NCBI GenBank assembly: GCA_951406725.2
Contig: OX597814.1
Span: forward strand, 47,120,001 to 47,184,000
Direction: 5' to 3'
DNA length: 64,000 nt
DNA from: Octopus vulgaris
Taxonomy: Eukaryota
Each line of letters starts with the position of its first letter. The stretch's first letter is position 1. Below are positions 36,283 to 51,649 of the stretch, one piece after another. The translations under genes were made by a program, and so were the position numbers. Below the pieces are notes generated by a model. It had not been told where the DNA came from. It saw only the letters and a list, made by a program, of their open reading frames with translations, and made no database searches.

Positions 36283-37591
36283 CGGTTTTTTTGACTATTT
36301 ATTAAAATTTTATGTATTGATTAAGTCTTTCCTTGTTTGTTTTGCAAAATAGTGGTTTTGTCTCTAATAATATTTTATAATATTTTACTATAAAATTGGA
36401 TTTAATCCTAAATCTGATTTTTTTCCCTGTAAATTTGGATTTATTCCCTAATATTTATTATTATATATATATATATATATATAAAAAGAATTTCAAAAAT
36501 TCACTGCGATTCGTTTAGACTTTTTATTGTTACATTTTTAAAGACCTAACAGGTTTCACAGGTTTCTCTGATTTTCAAAAGTTGAGTTACAAAGACGTGG
36601 AGTTATGTCACAAGTGTCTTGCTTCTGATAGGAATTCAAAAATTCCTTTGTTTTTTTATAGAAACATTGCTCGATACGCTTTGATTGGCCGAGAATGATC
36701 ACGTGGTTAGGTTTAGAAAGTTTTTTTTCGTTCGTTCCCTGTTACGTCCATTCTTTAATGTCATGTGATAATGTTTGGTGCCTGCGGTTGAGTGAACATG
36801 TCTCGTGACAATCCCAAACAATTAGGGGTGTCAATTTTATCTGTCAAATGTGATAGAGAAAGATCATGTTATTAGCTTTAAAAATTTTTGTAGGTTCCCT
36901 GCTACGTCCGTGCGTAAATATCATGTGACTTCACTTTTTACTCCGAAAATTAAGGCTGATACAGTTAAGTGAACATGTCTAGCGACCATAGACTTACAAA
37001 TAAACAAAGACAATATATTCATATAAAAATAGCAACCAGTACTGAATAAACTTCAACAAACTACATTCACGAACAACTATTCGCGCACAAATTCATTCTA
37101 CTGTTTGACATGTTGAATTTATACAGGTACCAACCTAAACTTTGGACACAATTATGACTTTTCCCCGTATGGCACTAATACACAAATTTGATGCCTGCAT
37201 AGACATAAGCCAAAATTATTCAATTACTGGGCTCCATAGAAACAACTCCTGTCCATTCCACCACTTGACAGATGAAATTTAGAGACCCTGGTTTTGAGAC
37301 TTTGACTAAACATGTTCACTCAACCGTGTCAGCTTTAATTTTAGGCAAATACTAATTTGAGCTATGTTCTCTCAACAAACGCAAGATAATTTTTTAAAAT
37401 CAAAAAATCTGTGAAACCGGTTAAATCTTTAAATTTTTTTAAACAGAAAATCTAAATGAATCTCGGTATCTTTTCAATTTTTTTTTTCTCTATATTTCTA
37501 TCCGTGTGGAATAAAATAATTTTACGTCATATGTAAACAAACATAAATTTGTTTTTGAAGCACTGAAATATATTGTAGTACAAGTAGAAAG

Positions 37592-37675
37592 ATATATAGA
37601 ATGAAATCCTTACAGAGCAGAAAAATCTGGTTGCTGACAGATTTTTCTGCCCTGTAAGGATTTTATCCTATATAT
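37592..37675. repeat. 84-bp hairpin (38-bp arms, 8-nt loop)
   Basis: ATATATAGAATGAAATCCTTACAGAGCAGAAAAATCTG / CAGATTTTTCTGCCCTGTAAGGATTTTATCCTATATAT; about three mismatches. Confidence 0.9.
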
Positions 37676-37717
37676 GCTGTTCTATCAGTACTTACGCGTT
37701 GAAAAATACCTTTGTTT

Positions 37718-37826
<109 letters not shown>

Positions 37827-37929
37827 AATATATATATATATTTATATATATATATATAAAGTTGTGTGTGTTGAAAAATATATGCTGTTCTATCAGTACT
37901 TACGCGTTGAAAAATACCTTTGTTTATAC

Positions 37930-38005
<76 letters not shown>

Positions 38006-38007
38006 AT

Positions 38008-38038
<31 letters not shown>

Positions 38039-38060
38039 AATATATATATATATTTATATA

Positions 38061-38457
38061 TATATATATAAGAGTGAAGTTGTGTGTCTGTCCCCTTCGA
38101 TTTAGATTCGTAACTACTCCCACATTTTGCGGTGCAGTTTAACCAAAAGCGGGTATCTTATAGTCGTGATTCATATCGAGCCCTTCAGGGTATTAGCGCG
38201 CGTCTACGATGAGTCTACGATTTTAAAAAAATTTACCATCATATTTTTCCATTTTAATGCATTTTTTTCGCTTTTATATAAGGGAAGTAACTCTCTAAAA
38301 ATATCTACGATGTGTCAACGATTTAAAAAAAAAATTTACCTTAATTTTTTTTCAATTTTTAATGCATTTTTTTGCTATTTTTTGGCTATAACTCTCTAAA
38401 AATGCTTATATAGTTATTTCCCTTACAACGCCGAGCAACGCCGGGCGATACTGCTAG
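38061..38457 (+). mobile_element. Non-autonomous Helitron
   Basis: 3' end CCGAGCAACGCCGGG (imperfect hairpin)...CTAG|T; sits within (TA)n; same 3' end inverted at 43305. Confidence 0.8.
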
Positions 38458-40682
38458 TATATATATATACATATGAAATCATCGTTTTGCATCCAGTTTC
38501 CATGCTGCATGAGAGGGAGGGATTTTAAAAATTCATTAGTACTGTTCATCCCGGACAGGTCAGAGGACTCCATCTCACTAATGTGCTTTATTTCTAATTT
38601 GGTTTCTATTTCTGGATGTCCTTCCTAAGACCAATCACTTCACAGAGTGTACTGGATAGGTTTTTCCATGTCACCAGCACTGGAGAGATAGTCATGTGTT
38701 CAACATGTCGAGGGATCTCTGCTTCTTACCAACCTCTTTGAAAGGCATGAAGAATGAGTGATAGGGTACTCAGTATTCTATGATACGTACATGTTCTCAA
38801 CACAAAGTGGCTAAAAAAAAACAGGGTAATGATAAAAGTAGTGTGACCTTGGAAAGAGTGCGATATCAGAGACCCGGAATGAAAATATGAAGGCTTTTAG
38901 CGATCATGGTATATTACGTACATGATTTTACGAAACATATTCTAAAATTATTATTGCTCATATTCTGAATTCCTTCCATTTGTTTTTATGTATTTTCTCA
39001 TGTTTTGCTCGTCAATTTCGATCAGTTTTGTTTTTTTCGTGTCGATGCGTTCATTTTGTTTTTGACAGCCAATAAAAATGCGCAACAGTGGTATTAAGTT
39101 TCACCCACCACATTACACAGCCCCCTATCTAATATAGACTTTCTACTCACTTCCAGTTACACTCCTTCACTTACGTATATATCTATATTTTTCAAACTGG
39201 AATATTATATAACAATGCTTATCAACATTGCATACACACTTTCTTTCAAAGTTTTAAACCTCTCTTGACGAACCTTTTCCATTTAATTTTTTCACCCATC
39301 TTTTTCTTGTTTAAACTCTCTCACCCCTGTTTTCTCATAGAAAAATTATGTATATACTTGTTTACAATTACTTTTATTTTTAATTTTATTCTCGACTTAC
39401 TTCATCTATGCTTCTTAAATTCTAAAATGATTCTAGCCTGGGATTCTCGTTGGATGTAGATATTATGTTTGTAGCGAAATCTAGTGAACTTCCTCTCTCT
39501 ATTATATATATATACATACGTACGAATCTAGCAGGTAACAGCTAACCTTTGGGCCCTGTTTTGGACTCCATTGTGTCTCCCACTTTGATTGGTTGGTATT
39601 GGCGGAATTTGTCTCTTATTCTATCGCGCGCCAATATGCAATCTAACCAATCGCAGCCTCCAGTCTGTTTTAAACTGCATTTGAGCCTACCGTTAGCTAT
39701 AAAAACTCACCTCTTCCTAGCCTTGAGGTCTGTTGGTTCTAGACCTTCTAGGGTCTAACCACTGACCACATTACAGTGACCTCCATCTTCGTCGCCACCA
39801 TCATGTCTCTCACCAACGTCGTCAACAACATCTACACAGCACCAACACACTGCACAGGTTCTAACATATCGCTGTTCGTGAGCTTCTCACCAAGGTTAAG
39901 AGCACACATACAAACCACGCAGATGCATGTAGATATATGAATAAATGTCCACCAACCACTTCCATTTATCACTCAGCTTGCATGTGGCCGACATTAAAGA
40001 CATTTAAAGTCACCACCTTGATCCATGTATTTCTTTATATCGTGTTCCTGTCATATTACAGCCTTCATTCACATTAGATGGAATACAACCTATTCATCGA
40101 TATATCTATTTAACTTCATCAATACATAATGTTTCGTTTTTTTTTTCCATATTAGTGCATTCATTACTAATATGTAACGAAAGAATATTTTGGTTGGCTG
40201 ACAGAAGAACAAACTTCTGTGTGAAGTCCAAATACAGAAATACTGTGTTTGCAACGAACGATAGAAAAGAGATATTCGCACCAAGTGAATGTGTCACAGT
40301 AGCCGTAGAATTTCATAGCCAAGTGTGTGGTGGAAATTCTTGAAGTTGGCTTTAGCCGTGTCACGACCACCAATCAGTTACCAGATAAACGATCTATATA
40401 TACCTCATGGTTTTCGAAAGAAAAGGCGCCAAAGACAAGATCGTTAATGCAATTTCAATTTGTTGTTTATCCAAAAATGGTCGTTTACAATGACTGCTAT
40501 TCTAACTAGTTAAACATCTGTTGGTTCTATTGTTTTTTGTTCCCTTTTTTCTTTTTCGTTGATGAACTAGCTATTGTGGGGAAACAAGTTCGTCAGCTGG
40601 AGGAGGTGTCCTCCTGGGGCTACAAACTACAGTAGCATCCACCCTTAGGGGTTAGCCATATTTAAATGGCAAATATACGTCA

Positions 40683-41000
40683 CTATATAATATAAAATCC
40701 GTTCTGTCTGTCTGTCTGTGTGTCTTCTGGGGTCTCGGGCATCCTCTATCCGATTGCGCTCAAATTTGATATGTAGATACCGACGGTATCAGGGCGTGTA
40801 TAAGTCTTGAAAAAATTACAAAAATCGATTCCAGGTGCGAATGCGATCGATAGAGCCGTGGGAACGTGCATTTGTACGCGCAATACATCAGCTGCTGCGA
40901 TCGATACTACGCGTACGCGAGAAAAATGCACGTGCAGTTTGCGCAAAAAATGCCGGCTGGCTTGAAATAATGCCACAAAATGCAGTATATTTAAGAGACC
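40683..41000 (+). mobile_element. Helitron-like 5' fragment
   Basis: CTATATAATATAAAA, (GTCT)n, CCGATT...CAAATTTG core; no 3' CTAG found. Confidence 0.5.
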
Positions 41001-41059
41001 AAAAAAGTATATATATATATATTCATTTCTGTTCAATAACCATCTCCACAAGTATAGGT

Positions 41060-41560
41060 GGTACAATTACCTCATTTCGAATATGCTCTTGTAATGATAT
41101 CCCTGGCATGGATCTATCCATAGCCCTTTGCATCGTAGCCAATCGATGTTCTCTCTTCGTAGTGGCTCGCATCTCACTTGCATATAAGAGCGGATGTAGG
41201 ATGGTGCTATCGAAGAGACTAACACGTAGGCTTTTGTCCATCTTTGCTTTAAGTACATCTTTTATTGGGCTAAATCCCTTCCCGTCCTGCCCTTATTCTC
41301 CTCGAGATTTCAGCAGCTGTATCTCGGCACATATTCACTGTGTTCCAAGTAAACAGTGTGTGCCCTTCAACCTCCCCGATTTCATCGGTTCCTACCTCTA
41401 TTTGGCCCCGTGGCACGTTTTCGGACTGCATGTATTTTGTTTTCGTTGAAGGTATGTTGCTGAACTATAGGTGTCATGCTCTGTCAGCATGGTCTGCGGC
41501 TGACCTGTGGTTTCGGCGATGAGTATGATGTCATCTGCAAATAGAAAGTGTGTATGTTCA
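41060..41560 (-). mobile_element. RTE-like LINE fragment
   Basis: LFADDI at ~41530-41545 and LFDSTILHPLLYASE...QRAMDRSMPGISLQEHIRNE. Confidence 0.75.
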
Positions 41561-41609
41561 CGCCACCTGTCCAGACAATGTCTCTAATGACCATTTCTAT
41601 GTGTGGGTA

Positions 41610-42205
41610 TGTGGGTATATGTGCATATCTACGATGAAATTATGACAATGCTGTGGTCACCAAGCAGTGTAAAATTTACAATGGAACTCGAGGCGATCCA
41701 GCGAAGCTACACAAGGAAGATCGATACAATGCGATTGAATGATCGATACATTGAGTTTGGAAGAATTAAGACTCTACTCTCTGGAGCGAAGGCAGGAAAG
41801 ATACGCAGTAATACACATGTGAAAAACCCTAGAAAACCTTATGCTGAACTTTGGCATTGTCCCTTACAGGACGGGGCACTACTGCATGGTACCAAAGGTC
41901 CCAACATTGCCATCAGGATACAGGACCAGATACTGCAACAGCTTGGGTTTCAAAGGCTCAGCTCTTCAATGTCTTCCCACAAAGCCTGAGAGACTTGCAT
42001 GGCATGGATGTTGGCTTTTTCAGAACAAAACCAGATCTCCTTCTGTCAAGAGTTCCGGATGAATCTAAAAACACAGATGAGAATAGCAACGTCAAAGTAC
42101 CTCATCTACCAAATGTCACATATCAGAGAGTTGAAGTGAAGCAAAGTAAACGGCAGTGCCCCAGCATGGCCACAGTCCTTGGATTGAAACTTAGAGAATA
42201 TATTA
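41610..42205 (+). mobile_element. CR1/L2-like LINE 3' end
   Basis: WSP...ELEAIQRSYTRKI, LYSLERR, LFNVFPQSLRDL...PDE; tail CCCCAGCATGGCCACAGTC. Confidence 0.8.
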
Positions 42206-42264
42206 AAAAAGATAATATATATATATATATATATATGAATTAATAAATAATTTATATATATATA

Positions 42265-45043
<2,779 letters not shown>

Positions 45044-45546
45044 TATATACACTTTGTATGTATACATTATATATACATATTTATATATAGAACACACATA
45101 AATTAACCCAATAAATATCTGATTCATAATACTTGTTCTCATGATTGTGTGATTGTGGTGGCGATGATAGTTCTCTCTGTGAATGGAGACAGACGTAGAG
45201 AGAGAGAGAGAGAGAGTGTGTGACAGCGCTGGCGAAGGAGGCAGAGGAAAGATAGTAGAGGCTGTGAAACGACGTTATAGAAAGTGAAAGGAAGGGAGGA
45301 AAGAGAGAGAGATGGAGAAAGACAGGCAGATAAAAGAATAAGAGGAGACTTGTCAAAGTGTGCGTTTTTCGCCCTAGTAACCACACCTTTTCAGATAGGG
45401 ATTTCTAACCTAGCCCACTCTCATCCTCACCTCATTTTACATGTCCCTGTAAATTTTGGAGTCAATCCAATGCCAAAACCAGACAAACTTTTCGCATTTC
45501 AGAATTATAATATAGAGATATATATACATATATGTTGTTGTTGTTG

Positions 45547-45594
<48 letters not shown>

Positions 45595-46049
45595 CGGAGT
45601 AAGCCGGTTATCCTGGGTTTCTTGCTCATAAGGGGTTTAACTTTACAGCGTATCTTCAGACCCCAAATACAGCTGACCTGAGACCATTAAAATATGGGAA
45701 GGGGAAGCCTCGTTTTTAAGGGTAAAACCCTAGGTTATCAACTCCCTTTGCTATTGTCCATCGTTCTCCGGCTGCGCTGCCATCTTACAGTCACCAAAAC
45801 ACCACCGAAGGTAAACGATTGTCTCCCTTTGGCTTTGGCTATTGGTTTGCAGCTGTGGTGCCATCATACAGATTCCAAAAAACCAGCAGGAGTTTTCTAA
45901 GGTGCAGGCATGGTTCGAAAATCTCCATCCTGGAGTTCAGGATGCCCCATGGCACAAGAAAGTCTTTAAGGATCCTCGTGCATCTGGCAATGCATAACTT
46001 GCACCATCTCATCCCATTCATGTAGGGCCTGGCTTCTCAAGTATTTTCC

Positions 46050-46640
46050 ATGTGATCAAGTATGGAATCTTCATTAGTGTACAGGGAAAACTTGGAAAAA
46101 ATGTATTTATTGGCTAATCCGAGAGGAACACTTTTGACAAAATCATTAAGAAGTTTCTCATGGTGGATAAAATGTTTGTGCTTACAGTTCAAAGATACAA
46201 TGACTTAAGAGTAAGGACAGTACAGGGAGCTGGTTAAATGTGAGGTAGCATCTAGAAAGATAGCTTTGTTTATGTTGCTTTTTATGGTAATGGTAATAAG
46301 TAATATGTATTTCTTGAAGAAAAGAGGTAGACTTTTATCTAATTCTGTCTGTCGTTTGAGAATTACTGATATTCAGAGGAAACAAAAAAGCAAAACTAAA
46401 ATGCATAAATTCTCAATATGTTGGAACTTGGTTTTAATGGTGTGCAGTAAGATCACTCATTTTATCTGTATCATTAGTTGCTATTAGATTGAATAGAGTG
46501 TTTGGACACTTCTTGATTTTCATAAAATCATTCAAATTCATGGTAGTTTAACGTGCATATTGCATGTGTATTTTGAAGTTGGCAGTGTTGGAAACTGATT
46601 TTGAGAAACTAAGCATATTACTGAATAGAGGCTATTTGAT
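46050..46640 (-). mobile_element. Highly decayed PLE RT fragment
   Basis: Minus-strand peptide ITIKSNINKAIFLDATSHLTSSLYCPY resembles the PLE RT ITIE.N...V.FLDVT.DL....Y.PY block; many stops. Confidence 0.45.
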
Positions 46641-47067
46641 CCTCAAATAGTAATCCTCTGTGTGTGTGTGTGCATGTGTATACAAGCATGGAAAAAGTGA
46701 GCATTAAAGGATCATGATGAAATATGTATGTATATATGTGTGTTTATTATATATATGTGTGTGTATATATATATATATCATCATCATCGTTTAACGTCCG
46801 CTTTCCATGCTAGCATGGGTTGGACAGTTCAACTGGGGTCTGGAAAGCCAGGAGGCTGCACCAGGCCCAGTCTGATTTGGCAGTGTTTCTACAGCTGGAT
46901 ACCCTTCCTAATGCCAACCACTCCGTGAGTGTAGTGGGTGCTTTTTACGTGCCACCGGCATGGTGCCAGGTGAGGCTGGCAACAGCCAAGATTGGTTGGT
47001 GCTTTTTACATACATACATATATATATGTATGCATATACATATATATGTAATATATGTATGTATGTA

Positions 47068-47144
<77 letters not shown>

Positions 47145-47557
47145 GTATATGTATGTATATATATATTTATTTAATAGAGTTGGAAAGAATCGTATTTGTT
47201 TCAGTAATTAGTCTTAATTTAGTACTATTTAAAGTTAAATATCATGTTGCTTTAATAGTTTTTTCATTTTGTTTTTGCTTCTCTTTTCTTCTTTGCATTA
47301 TCTTCCTTATTCTACTATTCCTTTCTAAATTACCAGAGTAGTCAGTAATATAACAGAGACAGAGTATAAATAATTGCTCTCAGTATAGTAACAATGGAGC
47401 ACTTGTTTGTTATCTCTTTTTACCAGTCTTATTATAGCTACTATTTGTGGTTATTATTCTCCAAACAACACGCCTTTTTCTTTGGCATTAGTATTCTTAA
47501 AATCGAATACTTGGCATAACATGTGGTATATTACTTCTTTAGCATTCCTACATATAT

Positions 47558-47599
<42 letters not shown>

Positions 47600-47607
<8 letters not shown>

Positions 47608-48986
47608 AATCCAAACGGGAAACAAAAAAACAACAACAAGGGAACAATTACAGTATTATTATTAATAGGCGCTCAGGAAATGGAAGCAGGGAGGTATGAC
47701 GTTTCGAGCGGAGCTCTTCGTCGGAAACATAAAGAAGGAAGAGAGAGGAAAGAAAGATCCCGGAGCGGGCAACGGAGATAGAGAAAAAAACGGCTGGTGT
47801 TAGCAGTAGCACATGGTGAAAGGCGGATGTTTACGATAACAAGAGCAAAGTGGGTTTTTAAAGGCAAAAGAGTGGAGACAAGGTTGGTAACGCAACAGAT
47901 GTGTGTGTATGTGTGAGTGTGTGCGTGTGCGTGTGTGTATGTGTGTGTGTGAGGCGAGGTAAAAAAACAAAAAATATATGTATGTGTTAGTGTGTGCGTC
48001 TGTGTGTAGGCGTGTGAGGTAGGGCGAGACGGTGGTCAGCATAGCAGCAGCATAGCAGACAAAGGTCAGTAGTGAGAAAAGGGAGGAAGGAGGAAGGGAG
48101 GGAGGGGAAGGGGTGGGGGCGTATGTAGCGTGCCAGCGTGTGTTGAGTAGTAGTGTGTGTGTGTGTCCAGTGTCGTGGTAGTATTAGTGGCGAGTAGATT
48201 GAATGTGTGTAAGAGTGATGTATATGTTTAAGCAATGTGTGTATATGTGTGCGCGTGTGTGTAACGAAAAAAGGGGGGGGTTTAGGAAAAGGACTCCAGC
48301 GGAGGGGAAGATGGAAGAGTGGTCCCGCGGAGACGGGCGTGGGAAAACCCAACGACAAGCGACATCCCAGGAACGGGCGGGAGGTCTCGTCGGGTCCAAG
48401 GGCGAGGTGCATGCGGGCGCATGCGTGCGCGAACCGGCGCAAACGCGTGTGTGCGCGAGCCTGCGAGTGTGCGCGTACGTATGTGTGCGTGTGGATGTGT
48501 GAGTGTGTCTGTGTGTATGTCTGGGTGGCAGTGTGTCCGATGAATGTATGTGAGTATGTGTGTATATATGTGTGTGCATAGATGTATGTCCGTGTGTGTG
48601 TGTGTGTGTGTATGTGTGTATGAGTGTGTATGTATGTACGTGTGGGTGTGGGGAAGTGTGTGTATGTGCATGTGTGTGCGCGAACATACAGGTGTGTGAG
48701 TGAGTGCGTGTGTGTGTATGTATGTGTGAGTGTGTATGTATGTGTGTGTAGGATGCATGTATGTGTATGGGTGTATGTATGCGTGTGTGTATGTATGTAT
48801 GTGTACGTGCGTGTGTGTGTGTGTATGCGTGTAGGTGTGCGCGTGTGCATGCGTGCATGTATGTGCGTATGTGTGTGTGTGTGCATGTGTGTGGGTATAT
48901 ATGTGTGTGCGTATATGTGTGTGTATGTGCGTACATGTGTGTGTGTGTGCATGTGTGTGTGTAGGTGTGTAGGCGTGTGTGTATAG

Positions 48987-48990
<4 letters not shown>
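47600..48990 (-). mobile_element. Non-autonomous PLE-like element with (CA)-rich body
   Basis: Flanked by (TA)n; terminus similar in layout to 32830-33100, including the HHR-like motif; the interior is degenerate CA/TG microsatellite. Confidence 0.55.
47694..47728 (-). ncRNA. HHR-like motif in a PLE-type terminus
   Basis: GTTT-CCGACGA-A-GAGC(tcc)GCTC-GAAAC-GTC-ATAC; same layout as 32930-32965. Confidence 0.6.
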
Positions 48991-49075
<85 letters not shown>

Positions 49076-50584
49076 CACACACACACACACATATGTGTAT
49101 ATAGATATATGTATGTATGTGTGTATACATGTATCTGAATATAAGCAGCAAGCAGCCTAAGTAAGGTTAACATATCAACTTTAAGTGATTACATATACAT
49201 TTCACTTATGCTTTTACAGCCAGATACCTTTTATACATTTAGCTAATCAGCTCTTAGGTTCTTAGCAGGCTGATAACAAATTATATTTTATTCTCTCTAT
49301 AAATACAAAAGTATATTACACTTTTTCTAAGGAAACAAATACAATAAATGAACTTACTTCAATCAATGATAAAAACTAGATCATAGCTTTCATTTGTAGA
49401 GTCCACTGAAAGGGGAAAAAAAGGGGTAAAAATGGTTTATTCTGATAATGTTCATTTCTTACAATAGCACCAAGTTAAAAAAATTATTGGGGAAGAGTAG
49501 AGAAAATTGAATTGACTTTATGTAAACCACTAACACTTATTTTCTTAAAATCTGGAGTTATAAAAATACAAGCTGACCGTGGTAGATTTTGAACCTAGAA
49601 TACCAAAATATTTCAGGTTAAATACCAGAGGTATTTAACCTGAAAGTTCATTGCCTTTAGCCCAAATGATAACAACAAAAAGTATAATAAAAATATTTCA
49701 CAAAATATCAGGTGATGTAAAACTTGATATACTACTAATTCAAGAACACAATTCAATAGATATAATAAATCACTGTCAAAATTTAAACATATGATACTAA
49801 TAGGTTTAATGCTTTCATTGTTGAATATTTATCGAAATCTTTTATAAAGATTATTACTCTATGATATGGTTTAGAAATACATGAAACTTTTGTAATGCTG
49901 TGACTGTTGAAAAGTCTACCTAATGATTTTACAGACCAATTTAATTCCCCCCAGACTACTACTAATGCCTTTTAATCCATTACCAGAATACCTCAACATT
50001 GCTGAAGTATTCTGCAGAAGGATTAAAAGGGATCTTGACTTTATTGGCTCCAGTAATTGAGCCAATAAACACAACAAGCATTTTTGTATAATTGGTCTAA
50101 AATAATCATCATCATCATTTAACGTCCATCTTCCATGCTAGTGTGGGTGGGACAATTCCATAAGAGCCAGTCAGACCAAAGCCTGCACCAGATTTCTGTG
50201 GCTGTTTTGGCAGGATTTTTACAGCTGGATGCCTTTTGCCCCAACTTTCTCTCACTCTTTCTTCCTGTTTCTTGATGGACTGGCATCCTGTCCAGCCGGG
50301 GGAAACACATACGCCATAGAAACCGGGAAACTGGGCCCATGAGCCTGACTAGGCTTGAAAAGGGCGCATATAAATAAATAAAAAATACTGTTAAGTGGTT
50401 GACATTAAGAAGGGCATCCAATTGTAGAAACCATTCCGCAACCGATAGTTAGACTCTGTACAGCTCCCTGACAACCAGCTCCATGTGAAACCATCCAACC
50501 CAGTATAGAGAGCAAACGTTAAACAATGATGATTGGAAATTTTTTTTTATCTCACAACAATTGTTTCATAACTGAAAACATTCT

Positions 50585-50975
50585 TTATTCTTTTCTTTTA
50601 TTTGTTTCAGTCATTTGACTGTGGCCATGCTGGAGCACCACATTTTTTTAGTTGAACAAATTGACCCCTTGATTTATTCTTTGTAAGCCTAGTACTTATT
50701 CTATTGGTCTCTTTTGCCAAACCACTAAGTTATGGGGAAGTAAACACACCAACATTGGTTCTCAAGCGATGGTGGGGGGACAAACACAGACACACAAACA
50801 GATACACGCACACACACACATATATATACGATGGGCTTCTTTCAGTTTCTGTCTACCAAATCCACTCACAAGGTTTTGGTCGGCCCAAGGCTATAGTAAA
50901 AGACACTTGCCCAAGGTGCAGCACAGTGGGACTGAACCTAGAAACATGTGGTTGGTAAACAAGCCACTCCTACAC
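50585..50975 (-). mobile_element. SINE family B copy, inverted
   Basis: gtttcagtcatttgactgtggccatgctggagcacc ... gtgggactgaacc. Confidence 0.85.
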
Positions 50976-51316
50976 CTACGCAAAGATAATTTATTTTATA
51001 TTTTATAAGTAAATTACTTATATGTCTGTATTAATATAAACAATTTTTTAAACCAATACGGATATTAAACCTGCTCATCGGGTGAGAGAAAAGAATCCAT
51101 GTTACACTCTTTATTATTTTCTCTTTTATTGTATTATATATTCTATATGTTTTGTAGAACGATACATTAAGGAGCTTTTTTATAAGTACCACTGGATTAG
51201 TTGAATAAATATATTATAAATTAAATAGATATATATATATACTTATAAATATATATGTGCATATATGTGTGTGTGCATTTGTGTATAGAGTGTTAGGTGT
51301 GGTGTACAGATATTGA

Positions 51317-51627
51317 ATATTGAGAAGAAAGGTCGCCAGATTTTTGGAAAAAATTTTATTTATTTATTCATTATTATTATTATTAACGCTTTCGTTCATT
51401 TCCCAAACTTGTCAAAATGCTTTTTATGTGACCCTGGCACCTGAAAGAACAAGTCTGCATGTGTGGAAGACAGTGGTTTTACTTAACTTGACGTGTCTTA
51501 TCAAGTACAGCAAATCTCCACATCTCAAATTCCATTTGACAAGTCCGAGAAACAAATGAAAGCACATATAATAATGAATAAGTAAAAAGATTTTTTCCAA
51601 AATTCTAGCAACTTTTTTTCTCAATAT
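51317..51627. repeat. Diverged foldback element, ~100-bp arms
   Basis: The arms give parallel pseudo-ORFs on opposite strands (RRKVARFLEKI / RKKVARILEKI); adjacent to (TA)n. Confidence 0.8.
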
Positions 51628-51649
51628 ATATATATATATACATATATAA

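Larger units (their letters stand above)
36068..36463. mobile_element. PLE-derived foldback mini-element (inverted pLTR pair) in (TA)n
   Basis: Palindrome 36068-36218 / 36220-36373 with a 1-nt spacer and two small indels; the right arm continues ~90 bp to a (TA)n tract; each arm holds an HHR. Confidence 0.75.

Noticed and set aside
40557-40600. CTGACGA...GAAA on the minus strand
   Set aside because: The CTGACGA box is itself one arm of a simple hairpin; HHR topology cannot form.
47987-49151. Long ORFs (367, 289, 250 aa) rich in H/T/Y/I
   Set aside because: Translations of CA/TA microsatellite, open in several frames; no domain.
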